Origin: Candidatus Tayloriibacteriota bacterium
GTDB taxonomy: Bacteria; Patescibacteriota; Minisyncoccia; Phycocordibacterales; PALSA-1337
Direction: 5' to 3'
Assembly: GCA_943350765.1 (NCBI GenBank)
Contig: CALRAJ010000002.1
Location: 72,951-136,950 of the forward strand
Length of the DNA: 64,000 bases
Shown: positions 19,031 through 29,507 of the stretch, one piece after another
Numbering within the stretch: the stretch's first letter is position 1
Layout: each line of letters opens with the position of its first letter
Made by a program: the position numbers and the translations under genes
Notes under the pieces: model-generated
Seen by the model: the letters and a program-made list of their open reading frames with translations, nothing else
Told to the model about the DNA's origin: nothing
Database searches by the model: none

Positions 19031-19249
19031 GAATGCTAGTATACACTACTATCGTCTACCCTCTCTTTATCTGACAACTATTCCGCCTGGAAAAATCCTA
19101 TTTACCTCGGCATCAAGCGATACCTGTTTTTTTAGGGATTGAATCTTTCGATGTACTGTTTGAATATATAACAGAATCAGCACTAGCTTTTATTCCTTAT
19201 ATTCTACCAATATAATACTGTTGATAATAAAAACTCTTAAAACACCACT

Positions 19250-19678
19250 TTACTTCCCCCTTTGTTTTTTTAAATCTGCAAACATACTGACTGCCAGAGC
19301 GATAATCACTACATTTTTAATAATATACTGCCCTTCGAGAGTGGGTACCATAAAGCCTTGCCAAGAGATCTCGGGAAGAAGAAAAAGTGGCATGATAGTC
19401 GTGATCATGTGGGGGATAAGCAGTATCATCGCTACTCTTTCCATTTTTGGAATAATAAATAAGATACCGATAAGTACCTCCCATGCACCCAGAAGCATTA
19501 TAAATGTCTGAAAGGAGATAAAAGGCAATGTCTGGCGTAATAAGTTTTCCACCAGAGGGTTGGCTGGGCTAAGGTCAAAAAACTTTAATGAGCCAAACCA
19601 AACAAAAACAATAAATAATGCAAAATGAGCAAATATAAATCCAAGATATTCTCTTCTTTGCATAACTGGAAGTGTCAT
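19250..19678 (-). CDS. DoxX/YkgB-like membrane protein
   Basis: WFGSLKFF..SPA, LGAWEVLIG, TLEGQYIIKN. Confidence 0.8.
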   Translation of the reverse strand: MTLPVMQRREYLGFIFAHFALFIVFVWFGSLKFFDLSPANPLVENLLRQTLPFISFQTFIMLLGAWEVLIGILFIIPKMERVAMILLIPHMITTIMPLFLLPEISWQGFMVPTLEGQYIIKNVVIIALAVSMFADLKKQRGK

Positions 19679-19892
19679 AGTTTTAATTATAAAATGATTC
19701 TTTGATTATAGCTAGTATCATCTGTGTATATGTTGGTTTGTTTACTATTTCAGTAGACTGTATAATGTTAATTGAAATTATGAACTTATCTCAAAAAAGA
19801 CTTGTTTGGTTTTTCTTTATTTGTGTCTGTTTTTCTATTTTCTATACATACTATAATTTAGTTGTTCTGAAAAACTTTAACATCATATACCC

Positions 19893-21638
19893 ATGATTGA
19901 TTTCTCTCAATATTGTCAGTGGGAGCCAGTAAGGGCGATATTCTTTTCAGGTAATGTACCTGATGCACTGGTGTATTATGCCCATTTTACTTCATTTGTG
20001 TCTGCTGTTGCATATGCGGTTTGGTTTTACATAAAAAGCAAGGGAAGCACATCAGCAAAAATATTTGCCACAGCAATAGTTGCATTTTGTTTTTGGAATC
20101 TTTCTGACATGGTGCTTTTTGCGACAGACCGACCAGAGTATGTGATGTTTTTCTGGTCACTATTATCGCTTTTTGAGCCTTTGATCTACGCCGGGCTTTT
20201 TTTCTTTTTCTATACATACGCTCTCAAAAAGCCTGTATCATTTAAAGCACTCGAAGCAACATTTTTGGCTTTTGTACCGATACTTATTCTTTTGGGTACG
20301 ACATATAATCTACAAGCTTTTGATCTGTCTGATTGTGGGCGAGATGCAATCGAAGGATGGCTGATCAAATATGTTTATCTACTCGATATTATTTTTGCCT
20401 TGGGAATAGTCGCGACTGCGATCTATGCATATCGAAAAGATGACGGTGCATTTCGTCCTAAGGTTATTTCAGTAGCGATTGCACTTCTATGTTTTATGAC
20501 GATTTTTGGTCTAGGAAACTTTATCGGTTCATATACAGATTTGCAGTGGCGTTTTGCTCAGTATGGTTTACTAGGGTTGCCATTGTTTATTCTTATAATT
20601 CTATTTATTTCAACAAAGTTTAAACTTTTTGTGGGGCAGACTATACGACCTATTTTACTTGTGGCAATAATGTGGTTTACAGTATTCTCGCTATTATTTG
20701 CAGATCTAAATTTCATAACACGGATTCTGGTAATGATTTTGCTTATTCTAGTTTCCTTTTCATCATATTTCTTTGTGAGAACAGTAAACGATGATTTAAA
20801 AAAGTCTAAAGAAATCAAATGGCTTAATTCACAATTAAATAATTTCAATGACAATCTTCAAGATAAGGTAAAAGAACAGACTAGAGAGCTCGTAAGTGCT
20901 TATGAAATAGAGCGAAAGGCCAGAGTAGAGCTTCAAAAAATCAGTGATGAAAAGGATAGATTTATTATGATAACGCAACATGAGCTACGCACCCCATTGA
21001 CTGCTTTAAGATGGGGAGCCGAAACTATGCTCGAGGGTGGTTTTGGGGTCATCAATCAAGCCCAAAATGACTATTTTAAATCAGCAAAGGAAAGTGCCAA
21101 TCGGCTAATTAAAGTGGTAAATAGAATGGCGGACAGTGTAAATAAAAATCTATACAGTGCTACTGGTGTTGTGGAGAAATCACTTTTTTCAGAAGTTCTT
21201 GATCAGGCATTAGTAGCATTATCACTATATGCCACAGAAAAACATATTAAAATTGAAAAAAATATTCATATAGATACAAATATCCCCCTTCAAATATCTC
21301 AGGAAAAGCTGTATCATGTTATTTCAAATCTTGTAGATAATTCGTTAAAGTATACCCCGGTGGGCGGTACTATATCTATTAGTTTCTACTCAGACGATGA
21401 GAAGACGGTTACAATGAAGGTGGCTGATAATGGGATCGGAATACCTGCGGAGTCCACCAGGTTTATTTTTTCAAAGTTTTATCGAGCCACAAACGCCATA
21501 TCTTCACACCCTGATGGGTCTGGACTCGGACTATGTATTGTAAAATCACTTGTGGAGCAAACCGGAGGTACTGTCAAGGTGGAAAGTGGTGGGGAAGGTA
21601 AGGGGACTACAGTGATAGTGGTGTTTCCGAGGGCTTAG
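19893..21638 (+). CDS. Sensor histidine kinase with multi-TM (7TM-type) N-terminus
   Basis: HELRTPLT H-box, NLVDNSLKYT N-box, DNGIGIP, GSGLGL. Confidence 0.92.
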   Translation: MIDFSQYCQWEPVRAIFFSGNVPDALVYYAHFTSFVSAVAYAVWFYIKSKGSTSAKIFATAIVAFCFWNLSDMVLFATDRPEYVMFFWSLLSLFEPLIYAGLFFFFYTYALKKPVSFKALEATFLAFVPILILLGTTYNLQAFDLSDCGRDAIEGWLIKYVYLLDIIFALGIVATAIYAYRKDDGAFRPKVISVAIALLCFMTIFGLGNFIGSYTDLQWRFAQYGLLGLPLFILIILFISTKFKLFVGQTIRPILLVAIMWFTVFSLLFADLNFITRILVMILLILVSFSSYFFVRTVNDDLKKSKEIKWLNSQLNNFNDNLQDKVKEQTRELVSAYEIERKARVELQKISDEKDRFIMITQHELRTPLTALRWGAETMLEGGFGVINQAQNDYFKSAKESANRLIKVVNRMADSVNKNLYSATGVVEKSLFSEVLDQALVALSLYATEKHIKIEKNIHIDTNIPLQISQEKLYHVISNLVDNSLKYTPVGGTISISFYSDDEKTVTMKVADNGIGIPAESTRFIFSKFYRATNAISSHPDGSGLGLCIVKSLVEQTGGTVKVESGGEGKGTTVIVVFPRA

Positions 21639-21653
21639 GTTTTTGACTCTAGA

Positions 21654-21884
21654 TTATTTTTCTCTCACAAATATAAACCTCGGCTTTTTCACTCCATCAA
21701 TCAGTACTTCTTCGGTAAACATATTCGCTGGTCGAACCCAGAATTTTGACTTGTCATTTTCATAAAGTGCCTCATACACCACCATGTCCTCCAGCGTCTC
21801 TGAGTGCTTTGCAATAAAATGAACTCGGTACTGGTTACCACTTTTAACGTGCTGATAAATGCCTAGTTTTATAGATTGATTCAT
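21654..21884 (-). CDS. DUF1653-family protein
   Basis: GIYQHVKSG, HSETLEDMVVYEALY, WVRPANMF, PRF. Confidence 0.88.
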   Translation of the reverse strand: MNQSIKLGIYQHVKSGNQYRVHFIAKHSETLEDMVVYEALYENDKSKFWVRPANMFTEEVLIDGVKKPRFIFVREK

Positions 21885-21914
21885 GTGAATATGATATACC
21901 ATGCGAAGCAAAAT

Positions 21915-22146
21915 AAAAAGCAAAACCGTCAGCAGAGAAAATGTGTCGGTTTGCTATTATGGTTGGGTATCTAATCCAAGCACAAACCAAACACACCCAG
22001 TATCCGATGACGGTCTGATCACCACGCCGTTATCATATCGCACGAGCTGATCCCGCGGAGAAATGATAATTAGACCTACTAGCAGGCGAAGGTATCACAA
22101 AACACTGGTTTATCTCTACCGACGGCAAAATCAAATGTTCAACTGA
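21915..22146 (-). ncRNA. Candidate ~200-230 nt rod-like ncRNA (6S-like?)
   Basis: TGCTAATAT extended -10 at 22152-22160; 13-bp closing stem CCGTCGGTAGAGA/TCTCTGCTGACGG with G-U pairs on the minus strand; T-rich end. Confidence 0.5.
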
Positions 22147-22259
22147 CATTTATATTAGCATATGTACTAAAAATATCATAGCAAGCGGTGATTTTATCAA
22201 ATGGCTGTATAGAGCCATATTCAAAGGCTAAACACTAGCGTTTAGCCTTTGAATATATA

Positions 22260-23183
22260 CTACTTCGTATGCAAAAAGTTATAAATATCCTCAATGGCCT
22301 TTACGGCATCTCCCGCAGCGATGTTGTTTTGGTGGTATAGTCCGTCAGTGCAGTCTCCAGCAGCCCAGATGCCAGCAGTGGTTGCCTTTTGGGTGCGTGG
22401 ATCTACCATTATGTGGTTCCATTTGTCGAGCGTGGTAGCATCTTTTACAAAAAGGGTATTAGGAAGGAGTCCAATTTCTACAAAAATACCTGTGGTCGGT
22501 ATCTCGACATTTTTACCAGTTTTCTTATCTGTATATACAAAGGCTGAAACAAATTTATCGCCCTTTACTTCGGCTGGTACTGCTTCAGTGATAGCACGCA
22601 TTTTTGGATTTTTAAGAACCCTTTCTACTGTTATTGGATCAGCCCTAAAGATACTACTTCGGTTTAAAAGTGTAACACTTTTGCAATATGCCAAAAGCTG
22701 GGAGGCACTTTCAAAAGCTGCATTTCCACCTCCAAGCACTACCACATCTTGGTCGGCAAAAAGTGGTCCATCGCAGGTGGCACAGTAGGTAAGACCCTTG
22801 TGTTCAAAAGTGTCTGCACCAGGGATACTGAGCTTTTGGCGATAGCTACCAGTGCATATCAGAATAGTTTTGGTCAGGTATTCACCCGCGTTTGTTTTTA
22901 CACTAAAGCCATCAGTATTTTTAGATACTGACTCACACAGCTCACCCTCTTTTATGGTGAGTATTTCTCCAGCGTAAGCCTTTAGGTGATTTTCGAGATT
23001 TTTGGCAAGATCTGCACCCGAAATCTTGATATTTCCAATCCAGTTTTCAATACCTTCCGAGACGGCACTTTGACCTTGGAAATCTTTAGTAATGAAAAGT
23101 GTTTTGAGACGCTTTCGAGCAGCGTAAACACCTCCAGCTACACCAGCAGGACCACCACCAATGATTATAAGGTCGTAAAGCAT
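22260..23183 (-). CDS. trxB: Thioredoxin reductase / AhpF-like FAD oxidoreductase
   Basis: IIGGGPAG, YCATCDG, GGGNAA, AAGD. Confidence 0.85.
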   Translation of the reverse strand: MLYDLIIIGGGPAGVAGGVYAARKRLKTLFITKDFQGQSAVSEGIENWIGNIKISGADLAKNLENHLKAYAGEILTIKEGELCESVSKNTDGFSVKTNAGEYLTKTILICTGSYRQKLSIPGADTFEHKGLTYCATCDGPLFADQDVVVLGGGNAAFESASQLLAYCKSVTLLNRSSIFRADPITVERVLKNPKMRAITEAVPAEVKGDKFVSAFVYTDKKTGKNVEIPTTGIFVEIGLLPNTLFVKDATTLDKWNHIMVDPRTQKATTAGIWAAGDCTDGLYHQNNIAAGDAVKAIEDIYNFLHTK

Positions 23184-23185
23184 TG

Positions 23186-24352
23186 CTATTTCTTATTCCT
23201 TCTTAAGAATGCTGGTACTGCACCCCAGTCGTCGTCTACTTCTGGGACTTCCTTTTTCTCTTCGGTTCTAACCTCTTTTATAATAGGTGCTTGTTGCACT
23301 GGCATTTGTGGAAGTGAGTTGTAGATTCTACCTTTTTTGTCTTCAGTATTAGTGTTGGTACTTATCGGTGTCTGGAAAAGTGTCTTTTTTAGAGGTGCTT
23401 CAGGAAATCCAGATGCTATTACAGTAACCTTGACCTCATTTTTCTTTAATTTTTCATCACGGACAGTTCCAAAAATAACTTTTGCTTGTGGATCAATAGA
23501 TTCTGTGATGATCTTGGCTGCATCTTGGATTTCAAACATTGTTAAATCATCGCCACCAGCGATAGAGAAAAGTACACCTTTTGCACCGGTAATAGAAAGA
23601 TCGAGTAAGGGGGAGTTGATAGCTAGTCGTGCTGCCTCCTCAGCTCGTTTTTCACCAGTGGCACAGCCGATACCCATGAGTGCAGAGCCAGCATTTTCCA
23701 TCACTGCACGAATATCGGCAAAGTCGATGTTTATAATACCAGGAGTAGTAATCAAATCTGAGATACCTTCGACTGCCGACTTTAGGATTTCATCACACAT
23801 AGCGAAGGCGTTTTTAGCGGTCGTGTTTTTGTCGATAGTACTCAAAAGTCGGTCGTTGGGGATAACAATAATAGCATCTACTTCTTTTCTAAGTTCCTCG
23901 AGTGCTTGCTCGGCAACCTTCATCCTCTGAAGCCCCTCAAAAAAGAAGGGTTTGGTAACCACAGCTACTGTAAGCGCACCCAGCTCCTTTGCGGTGCGAG
24001 CCACAGAAGGGCTAGCACCAGAGCCAGTACCTCCACCTAGTCCACAAGCAATAAATACCATATCCGCACCTTTTATGGCTTCTTGTACTTCTTCTTTTGT
24101 TTCCTCCACAGCTCGCTTGCCGAGGTCGGGGTTCATACCTGTACCTAGTCCACGGGTAAGATTTTTACCAATGTGGATTTTCTTTTTGGCAAGAGAGTGG
24201 TGCAGGTCCTGCGAGTCGGTATTTACTGCGATAAAATCAACCCCTTTTACTTTTGAGTTGATCATATGGTTTACGGCATTTTTGCCAGAGCCTCCAACTC
24301 CGAGTACCTTGATGCGGGCGAATGCTTCGATTTCTGGTGTAATGTGGGGCAT
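23186..24352 (-). CDS. ftsZ: Cell division protein FtsZ
   Basis: GLGGGTGSG, NIDFAD, C-terminal VPAFLRR. Confidence 0.98.
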   Translation of the reverse strand: MPHITPEIEAFARIKVLGVGGSGKNAVNHMINSKVKGVDFIAVNTDSQDLHHSLAKKKIHIGKNLTRGLGTGMNPDLGKRAVEETKEEVQEAIKGADMVFIACGLGGGTGSGASPSVARTAKELGALTVAVVTKPFFFEGLQRMKVAEQALEELRKEVDAIIVIPNDRLLSTIDKNTTAKNAFAMCDEILKSAVEGISDLITTPGIINIDFADIRAVMENAGSALMGIGCATGEKRAEEAARLAINSPLLDLSITGAKGVLFSIAGGDDLTMFEIQDAAKIITESIDPQAKVIFGTVRDEKLKKNEVKVTVIASGFPEAPLKKTLFQTPISTNTNTEDKKGRIYNSLPQMPVQQAPIIKEVRTEEKKEVPEVDDDWGAVPAFLRRNKK

Positions 24353-24458
24353 ATGGTTACGATTAATTTCTATGATGATATGTGGTCAATAATACCAAAT
24401 AGCGAGAAAAAAGGGAAATTAAATAAGTTAGAACACGCTATTTGTTAAGAGTGGTATT

Positions 24459-25643
24459 TTATGGTAAAAAAGGTCTCGATAGTTTGAGGATTGTTTTTAT
24501 TAATTTTTTTAAAAAACTTTTACCATCTGGCTTAAATCCAGTAGAGCTATCGCTATTTAGACCGAGAATACAGAGACCATAAGCCACTGCGGACGAAGCA
24601 TCTTTGATCTCTTTGTTACTCTCTTTAAAATTAATACTTGCAATACGGGAGGGAAGTCTGAGAGTAACTTTTGCTAGATCCTCAATGTTGCCGATCCCTG
24701 AGCCACCGCCAGTAATCACAATACCAGCAGGCAAAAGTCCATTTCGATTTATTTTTTTAAGATGGACTTCGATCAATTCAAAAATATCTGATAGTCTGGC
24801 TCCTACAATCTCTTCAAGCTTTTTTCGCGGGTAAGTAGCACTGGTGATCGCACCGATTTTAATCTGCTCAGCTTCTTCGAGTGGTACTTTGAGTCCCAGA
24901 GCGATGTCATTGGTAATATCAGTACTACCGATAGGAAAAACCTCGAGAGAAATCGGTATATTATTTTCAAATACTGCTATCGAAACCGTTTCGGCCCCGA
25001 TATTTGCAAGCATACAGCCAGCGACTTTTTGTTGTTTCGTAAGAGTTACAAGACTGGCAGCAATAGGAGAAGCCACAATATCCTGTACCTCGACCCCAGA
25101 TTTTTCAATTGCTTCGATTAGGTCGTTTAGGTGATGCTCAAGACAGCTGACAAAAAGTGTTCGGACTTCGAGCTTAGTGCCTTTGGTGCCTTCTGGATTG
25201 CCAAGTACGATTTTACCATCGACTTTGTATTGGAGTGGAATGGTATGGATGATTTTTTTGTTGATCGAGGCGGATTGGGGTATTTCATCCTCACTAGCTT
25301 CTATTGCTTTTTGGATATCCAGATCAGTGATTTCCGAATCAGCTCTAGAAATAATAGCTGAGCCATGTGAGACTATACTAGATAGTCCAATCCCACCGAC
25401 AGATACAAAAGCCTTTCGGATTTTTATTTTTGCTATTTTTTCGGCTTCGGCTACGGCGAGTTTAATACTCTCGACCACCTCAGCAGGTTGGGTAATATAG
25501 CCGTGTCTCACCCCGTGAGTTTCAGAGGCAGCAGCGGCTATGATTCTAGGAGTGTTTCCCTGATTATCCCCTCCACGCTCCGCGACCAGGACTTTTACCT
25601 GGTAAGTACCAATATCAATGCCCGTAACGATAGTGCGACTCAT
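24459..25643 (-). CDS. ftsA: Cell division protein FtsA
   Basis: GIDIGT, NIGAET, ITGGGS; directly upstream of ftsZ. Confidence 0.95.
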   Translation of the reverse strand: MSRTIVTGIDIGTYQVKVLVAERGGDNQGNTPRIIAAAASETHGVRHGYITQPAEVVESIKLAVAEAEKIAKIKIRKAFVSVGGIGLSSIVSHGSAIISRADSEITDLDIQKAIEASEDEIPQSASINKKIIHTIPLQYKVDGKIVLGNPEGTKGTKLEVRTLFVSCLEHHLNDLIEAIEKSGVEVQDIVASPIAASLVTLTKQQKVAGCMLANIGAETVSIAVFENNIPISLEVFPIGSTDITNDIALGLKVPLEEAEQIKIGAITSATYPRKKLEEIVGARLSDIFELIEVHLKKINRNGLLPAGIVITGGGSGIGNIEDLAKVTLRLPSRIASINFKESNKEIKDASSAVAYGLCILGLNSDSSTGFKPDGKSFLKKLIKTILKLSRPFLP

Positions 25644-25710
25644 GGTGGTGATTGGAGATACCACGCGTTTACACTTTATAAATCTAGTTTCGGGCGAACC
25701 TACTGTATTA

Positions 25711-26112
25711 CTAGATGCTAAATTGTTTGCGGATCTTCTCTTCTTCACTATCCATTATACTACTATGATCGAATCCCTTCAAATGTGTCAAACCGTGGAT
25801 AAATAAAAATGCTAGAAAGTTTTCATATGTACGGTCAAAATTCACTGCTTCTTTTTTAGTTTCTTCAAGATTTATAAAAATCTCACCTTCTGTATTTGAA
25901 ATAGGAAAGCTCAAAATATCGGTTGGTTTGTTTATCTTACGATACTGTAGGTTTAAAGCAGTGATGTACTCAATATCTACAAAAAGAACACTCAGCTCGT
26001 ATTCAGATCCTAGCACGGCTTCCTTCATGGCAACAAAAGACACGCGTGGAAGCGTGCTTTTGGTGAGATTTTGTATACTACAGTTTTCAGCACCTTTTGG
26101 CTTTACGGTCAT
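25711..26112 (-). CDS. ybeY: rRNA maturation endoribonuclease YbeY
   Basis: PTDILSF, HGLTHLKGFDH. Confidence 0.93.
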   Translation of the reverse strand: MTVKPKGAENCSIQNLTKSTLPRVSFVAMKEAVLGSEYELSVLFVDIEYITALNLQYRKINKPTDILSFPISNTEGEIFINLEETKKEAVNFDRTYENFLAFLFIHGLTHLKGFDHSSIMDSEEEKIRKQFSI

Positions 26113-26119
26113 CTAGCTT

Positions 26120-26371
26120 TTATTTCTTTGGTCCACCCCTCACTGGCTTTTCGGGCATTTTGCCAAGCTTGATTAGCTCCTGAATGTTTTTCTTGTACTC
26201 AATACTCTCAAGTGTCTTCATTTTTGTTTTGTAATGAGAAAGTACACGCTGATTGTACCTTAGGGAACGAACCCTCGGCAAGATACCTGACCCTTGGACT
26301 CGCTTGGTAAATCTTCGAATAAGGCTGACTGGGTTTTCGTTGCTATTCTTTGTTACTTCTACATTTATCAT
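26120..26371 (-). CDS. rpsU: 30S ribosomal protein S21-like
   Basis: VEVTKNSNENPVSLIRRFTKRVQGSG; small basic protein. Confidence 0.7.
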   Translation of the reverse strand: MINVEVTKNSNENPVSLIRRFTKRVQGSGILPRVRSLRYNQRVLSHYKTKMKTLESIEYKKNIQELIKLGKMPEKPVRGGPKK

Positions 26372-26683
26372 AGTGGAGTTTATCCTATCATGGAGTAATG
26401 GAAAGTGCAAACGGCGTTTGGTGCGGAGTCCTTTTAAAGATACACCTGCGACAGCATTTCATGATCCTTTGTTGAACGGCTCAACAGGGCTGTTGAGCCG
26501 TTCAAATGGCTCTACATAGGCTCAGCAAAGAATCAGCCAAAGGTGATTTTGTGGTAAAAAAGTTTCAAAGGCTCAACGGTGTACACTGTTGAGCCTTTGA
26601 AGTGTTTAGTCCCGAAATTTTCAGTAGAAAATTTCGGGGAACCCCTACTCATATATCACATTTTGTAATTTGCCTAGTTCTAC

Positions 26684-26769
26684 TTTATTGCAATTGTGGA
26701 GAATACCCCGACGGCTTGCCGCGGGGATGAATCCGCAAGAATGAAGATGAAGTCGGCGGAGCCGACACT
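26684..26769. repeat. Family C repeat with IS200/IS605-like hairpin, copy 1
   Basis: CCCCGACGGCTTGCCGCGGGG...GTCGGCGGAGCCGAC; near-identical copy at 48782-48867. Confidence 0.8.
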
Positions 26770-26886
26770 CCTGCAACAAAGTTTACCCTGTCGTCTCGCC
26801 TAATACCCCGCCGAGGTAATCCGAGGGAATAGCTTGCTACAGGGATAGGACGAGGCTAAACTTTATTGTAACTTAGTCAAAACTTT

Positions 26887-28161
26887 TTATGCTCCTAATC
26901 TTCTCACATACCGCACTAGCTCCGAGATGGGTACGGTTTCTTGGGATCTTGTATTCATATCTCGAACAATAGCAGACTCTTCCATAGCTTCTTTTTTGCC
27001 GATTAGTATCATGTGAGGGATTTTTAATCTTTCTGCTACAGAGAGCTGTGCGGTCAGCTTGTCTTTGGAAAGTGCTTGATGCACCATAATGTTTTCTCTT
27101 CTCAGTATATTTATTATCTGTAGACTGTATAGCTTGGCTTCAAAACCAAGTTGTACAAAGTATAAGATCGGAGTTTTGACTTTTGCCACAACCATTTCTT
27201 TTGCTGGTCTTTTGAAAAGTAATGAAATACCTACTCCAGAAACTTCTTTCTTGAGACCAATCTTTCTCGCAAGACCATCATAACGAATACCGAGTGCTAG
27301 GATCTCACATTCAGTTTTTTTCTTTCCATTTGCTGGGTGTATGATTTCAAAGATAGTCTCAGAACAGTATTTTTTGTTTCCTATTAGATGATGGTTGATT
27401 TTATAAGGAATGTCCAACTTTTCTAAAAACTCAAGTACCTCTTTGAAGTGAATACGGCTGGGTTCCGAAAGGAAGGTTATTGATTTTGGAGCATCTTCTT
27501 TTAGAGAATCACTTTTTTTATCAGAATGAGTAAGTAGCTCGAAAACATCTTTTTTTAAAAGCTGTCTACCGTGGGTAGAAAGATGTTCTATGTTTTTTCT
27601 ATAATATGCAGTGAGTTCTTTGGTAAATTTAGTAATCGACTCACGATCACCGATGCTATTTATTTCTACGCATAGATCCTTGTATCCATAATCTTCTAAA
27701 ATGACTAGTGCGGTTTTTATGAGGGTAGCCTCGGCAATACTTTTTGGATTACCAATAATCTCTAGGTCGCCGTATCTAGGGTAGGAATGATTTTTCTTGA
27801 CCAGTGAACCTTTGAAAGAGCTTTTGAAGTACATCATTACTGGCTGTGGAAGGGTGTGCATATTGCGTTCAATATATGTCCTTAGAACAGCTACTTTTTC
27901 CTCAACATGGAGTGGTAAAATGGCATGGTTTTCGCCTTCGTTTTCTACAAAATCACCATCGAGTAATGTTTTGGAATGATCGAGGTCTACTTTTTTTATT
28001 TCAGGAGTTTCTGTGGGGGTAAATCCGTAATGAAGTGCGACATAAGCACCTATGTCCAGATTTTTATATGGCAAATGTTTTGCCGTTTTTGCTGGTTTAG
28101 GTTCCGAAGCTTTTTCCGGGTTTCTCTTGTTGTTTGGGTTGTATCTGGTAAAGGCGGTCAT
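26887..28161 (-). CDS. Degenerate HisRS-like protein with anticodon-binding domain
   Basis: YGFTPTETP, INSIGD, GIRYDGL, C-terminal IGKKE...IVRDMNTRSQETV; motif 2 not recognisable. Confidence 0.75.
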   Translation of the reverse strand: MTAFTRYNPNNKRNPEKASEPKPAKTAKHLPYKNLDIGAYVALHYGFTPTETPEIKKVDLDHSKTLLDGDFVENEGENHAILPLHVEEKVAVLRTYIERNMHTLPQPVMMYFKSSFKGSLVKKNHSYPRYGDLEIIGNPKSIAEATLIKTALVILEDYGYKDLCVEINSIGDRESITKFTKELTAYYRKNIEHLSTHGRQLLKKDVFELLTHSDKKSDSLKEDAPKSITFLSEPSRIHFKEVLEFLEKLDIPYKINHHLIGNKKYCSETIFEIIHPANGKKKTECEILALGIRYDGLARKIGLKKEVSGVGISLLFKRPAKEMVVAKVKTPILYFVQLGFEAKLYSLQIINILRRENIMVHQALSKDKLTAQLSVAERLKIPHMILIGKKEAMEESAIVRDMNTRSQETVPISELVRYVRRLGA

Positions 28162-28183
28162 GGGGTAAAATGTTATTTGATAG

Positions 28184-28804
28184 CTAATTATATTCTTCCT
28201 GACGACCTGGGAATACGCTTATTTTTTGAATAGGCAAAAGTCTGAGAACAGGTCTTCCTATGATAAGATTTTCGGTGATTGGTCCCCAAATCCTCGAGTC
28301 CGAGCTACTTGCTCTGTTGTCACCCATTACAAAGTACTGTTCATTATTAAGAACAATATGGGAGCTGTCGATTTTCTTGTTTACTTCATCGATGTACGGC
28401 TCAATTAAAATTTGTCCTGCGGGATACTGGGTATTGATAATAGTTACGATGCCATTTTTAATCTCTACTGTTTCTCCAGGCAGACCTATGATGCGTTTGA
28501 TAAAAAAACGAGTAGTGTCAAGTGGATATTTGAAAATAATTATATCGCCACGCTCAGGTGACTGAAAACGGTGTGAAATCTCATCCACGATTAGATACTG
28601 ACCAGAGCTAAATGTTGTGTCCATAGATGGTCCACTTACGATAAATGGCCCGATCACATAGGCACGCACAAATAACACAAGTGGCAGTGCTATTAACGCA
28701 AATTTGAGTAGCTCTTTGAACTCATTTCTTTTTTGTAAAACAGGAGTGGTGGAAGGTGGTGTGGGATTTTCTGACAGAGAATTATTTTTTGTGATATTTT
28801 CCAT
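28184..28804 (-). CDS. lepB: Signal peptidase I
   Basis: SGPSM, FIKRIIGLPG, MGDNRASSSDSR. Confidence 0.95.
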   Translation of the reverse strand: MENITKNNSLSENPTPPSTTPVLQKRNEFKELLKFALIALPLVLFVRAYVIGPFIVSGPSMDTTFSSGQYLIVDEISHRFQSPERGDIIIFKYPLDTTRFFIKRIIGLPGETVEIKNGIVTIINTQYPAGQILIEPYIDEVNKKIDSSHIVLNNEQYFVMGDNRASSSDSRIWGPITENLIIGRPVLRLLPIQKISVFPGRQEEYN

Positions 28805-28883
28805 TTGATTTATATTTCTGCTTACATTGTATCTTGTCTTAGTGGTTTGACACAATAGATGAAAGCAATGTAAAATGTTTTAT

Positions 28884-29501
28884 ATGACATATATTATTGT
28901 TGGACTCGGAAATCCAGGGGAGGAATATAAAGACACGCGACATAATGCGGGAAGAATTGTGCTGGAAGAGTTTGCCAGAGCTATCGATGCTGAAGAGTTT
29001 GTGTTTGATAAAAAAAGAAATGCTTTGGTGGCTGACGGTGCAGTAAAAAAGGAAAAAGTGATGCTTATTTCGCCGGAAACTTTTATGAATAAGTCGGGCA
29101 GTGCTTTAGGCAAGCTCGTGAAAGTGGCAAAGTCTAAGATATATAAAAAAGGTGTGGCAGGGAATCTGGTAGTGATTCACGATGACCTCGATATACCGCT
29201 CGGTAAATTTAAAATTTCTTTCAACAAAAGCTCGGGTGGACACAAGGGAGTCGAGTCTATTATTAAAACGTTAGGGACGGAGGCCTTTGTACGAGTGCGC
29301 ATGGGTATTTCTCCTGAGACTGCAGGAGGGAAATTAAAAAAGCCGACTGGAGGGGAAGTGGTCGGGGACTTTATCGTGGCACCCTTTAAAAAGGCTGAGC
29401 TTGAGTTGATAAAAAAGACTGCGAAAAAAGTGAGTGAAGGACTCGCGGTACTTATAGAGCACGGCCGAGAAAAAGCGATGAGTGAGTTTAATGGACTTTA
29501 A
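28884..29501 (+). CDS. pth: Peptidyl-tRNA hydrolase
   Basis: VGLGNPG..Y..TRHN, FMNKSG, HDDLD, GGHKG. Confidence 0.96.
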   Translation: MTYIIVGLGNPGEEYKDTRHNAGRIVLEEFARAIDAEEFVFDKKRNALVADGAVKKEKVMLISPETFMNKSGSALGKLVKVAKSKIYKKGVAGNLVVIHDDLDIPLGKFKISFNKSSGGHKGVESIIKTLGTEAFVRVRMGISPETAGGKLKKPTGGEVVGDFIVAPFKKAELELIKKTAKKVSEGLAVLIEHGREKAMSEFNGL

Positions 29502-29507
29502 AAATTA

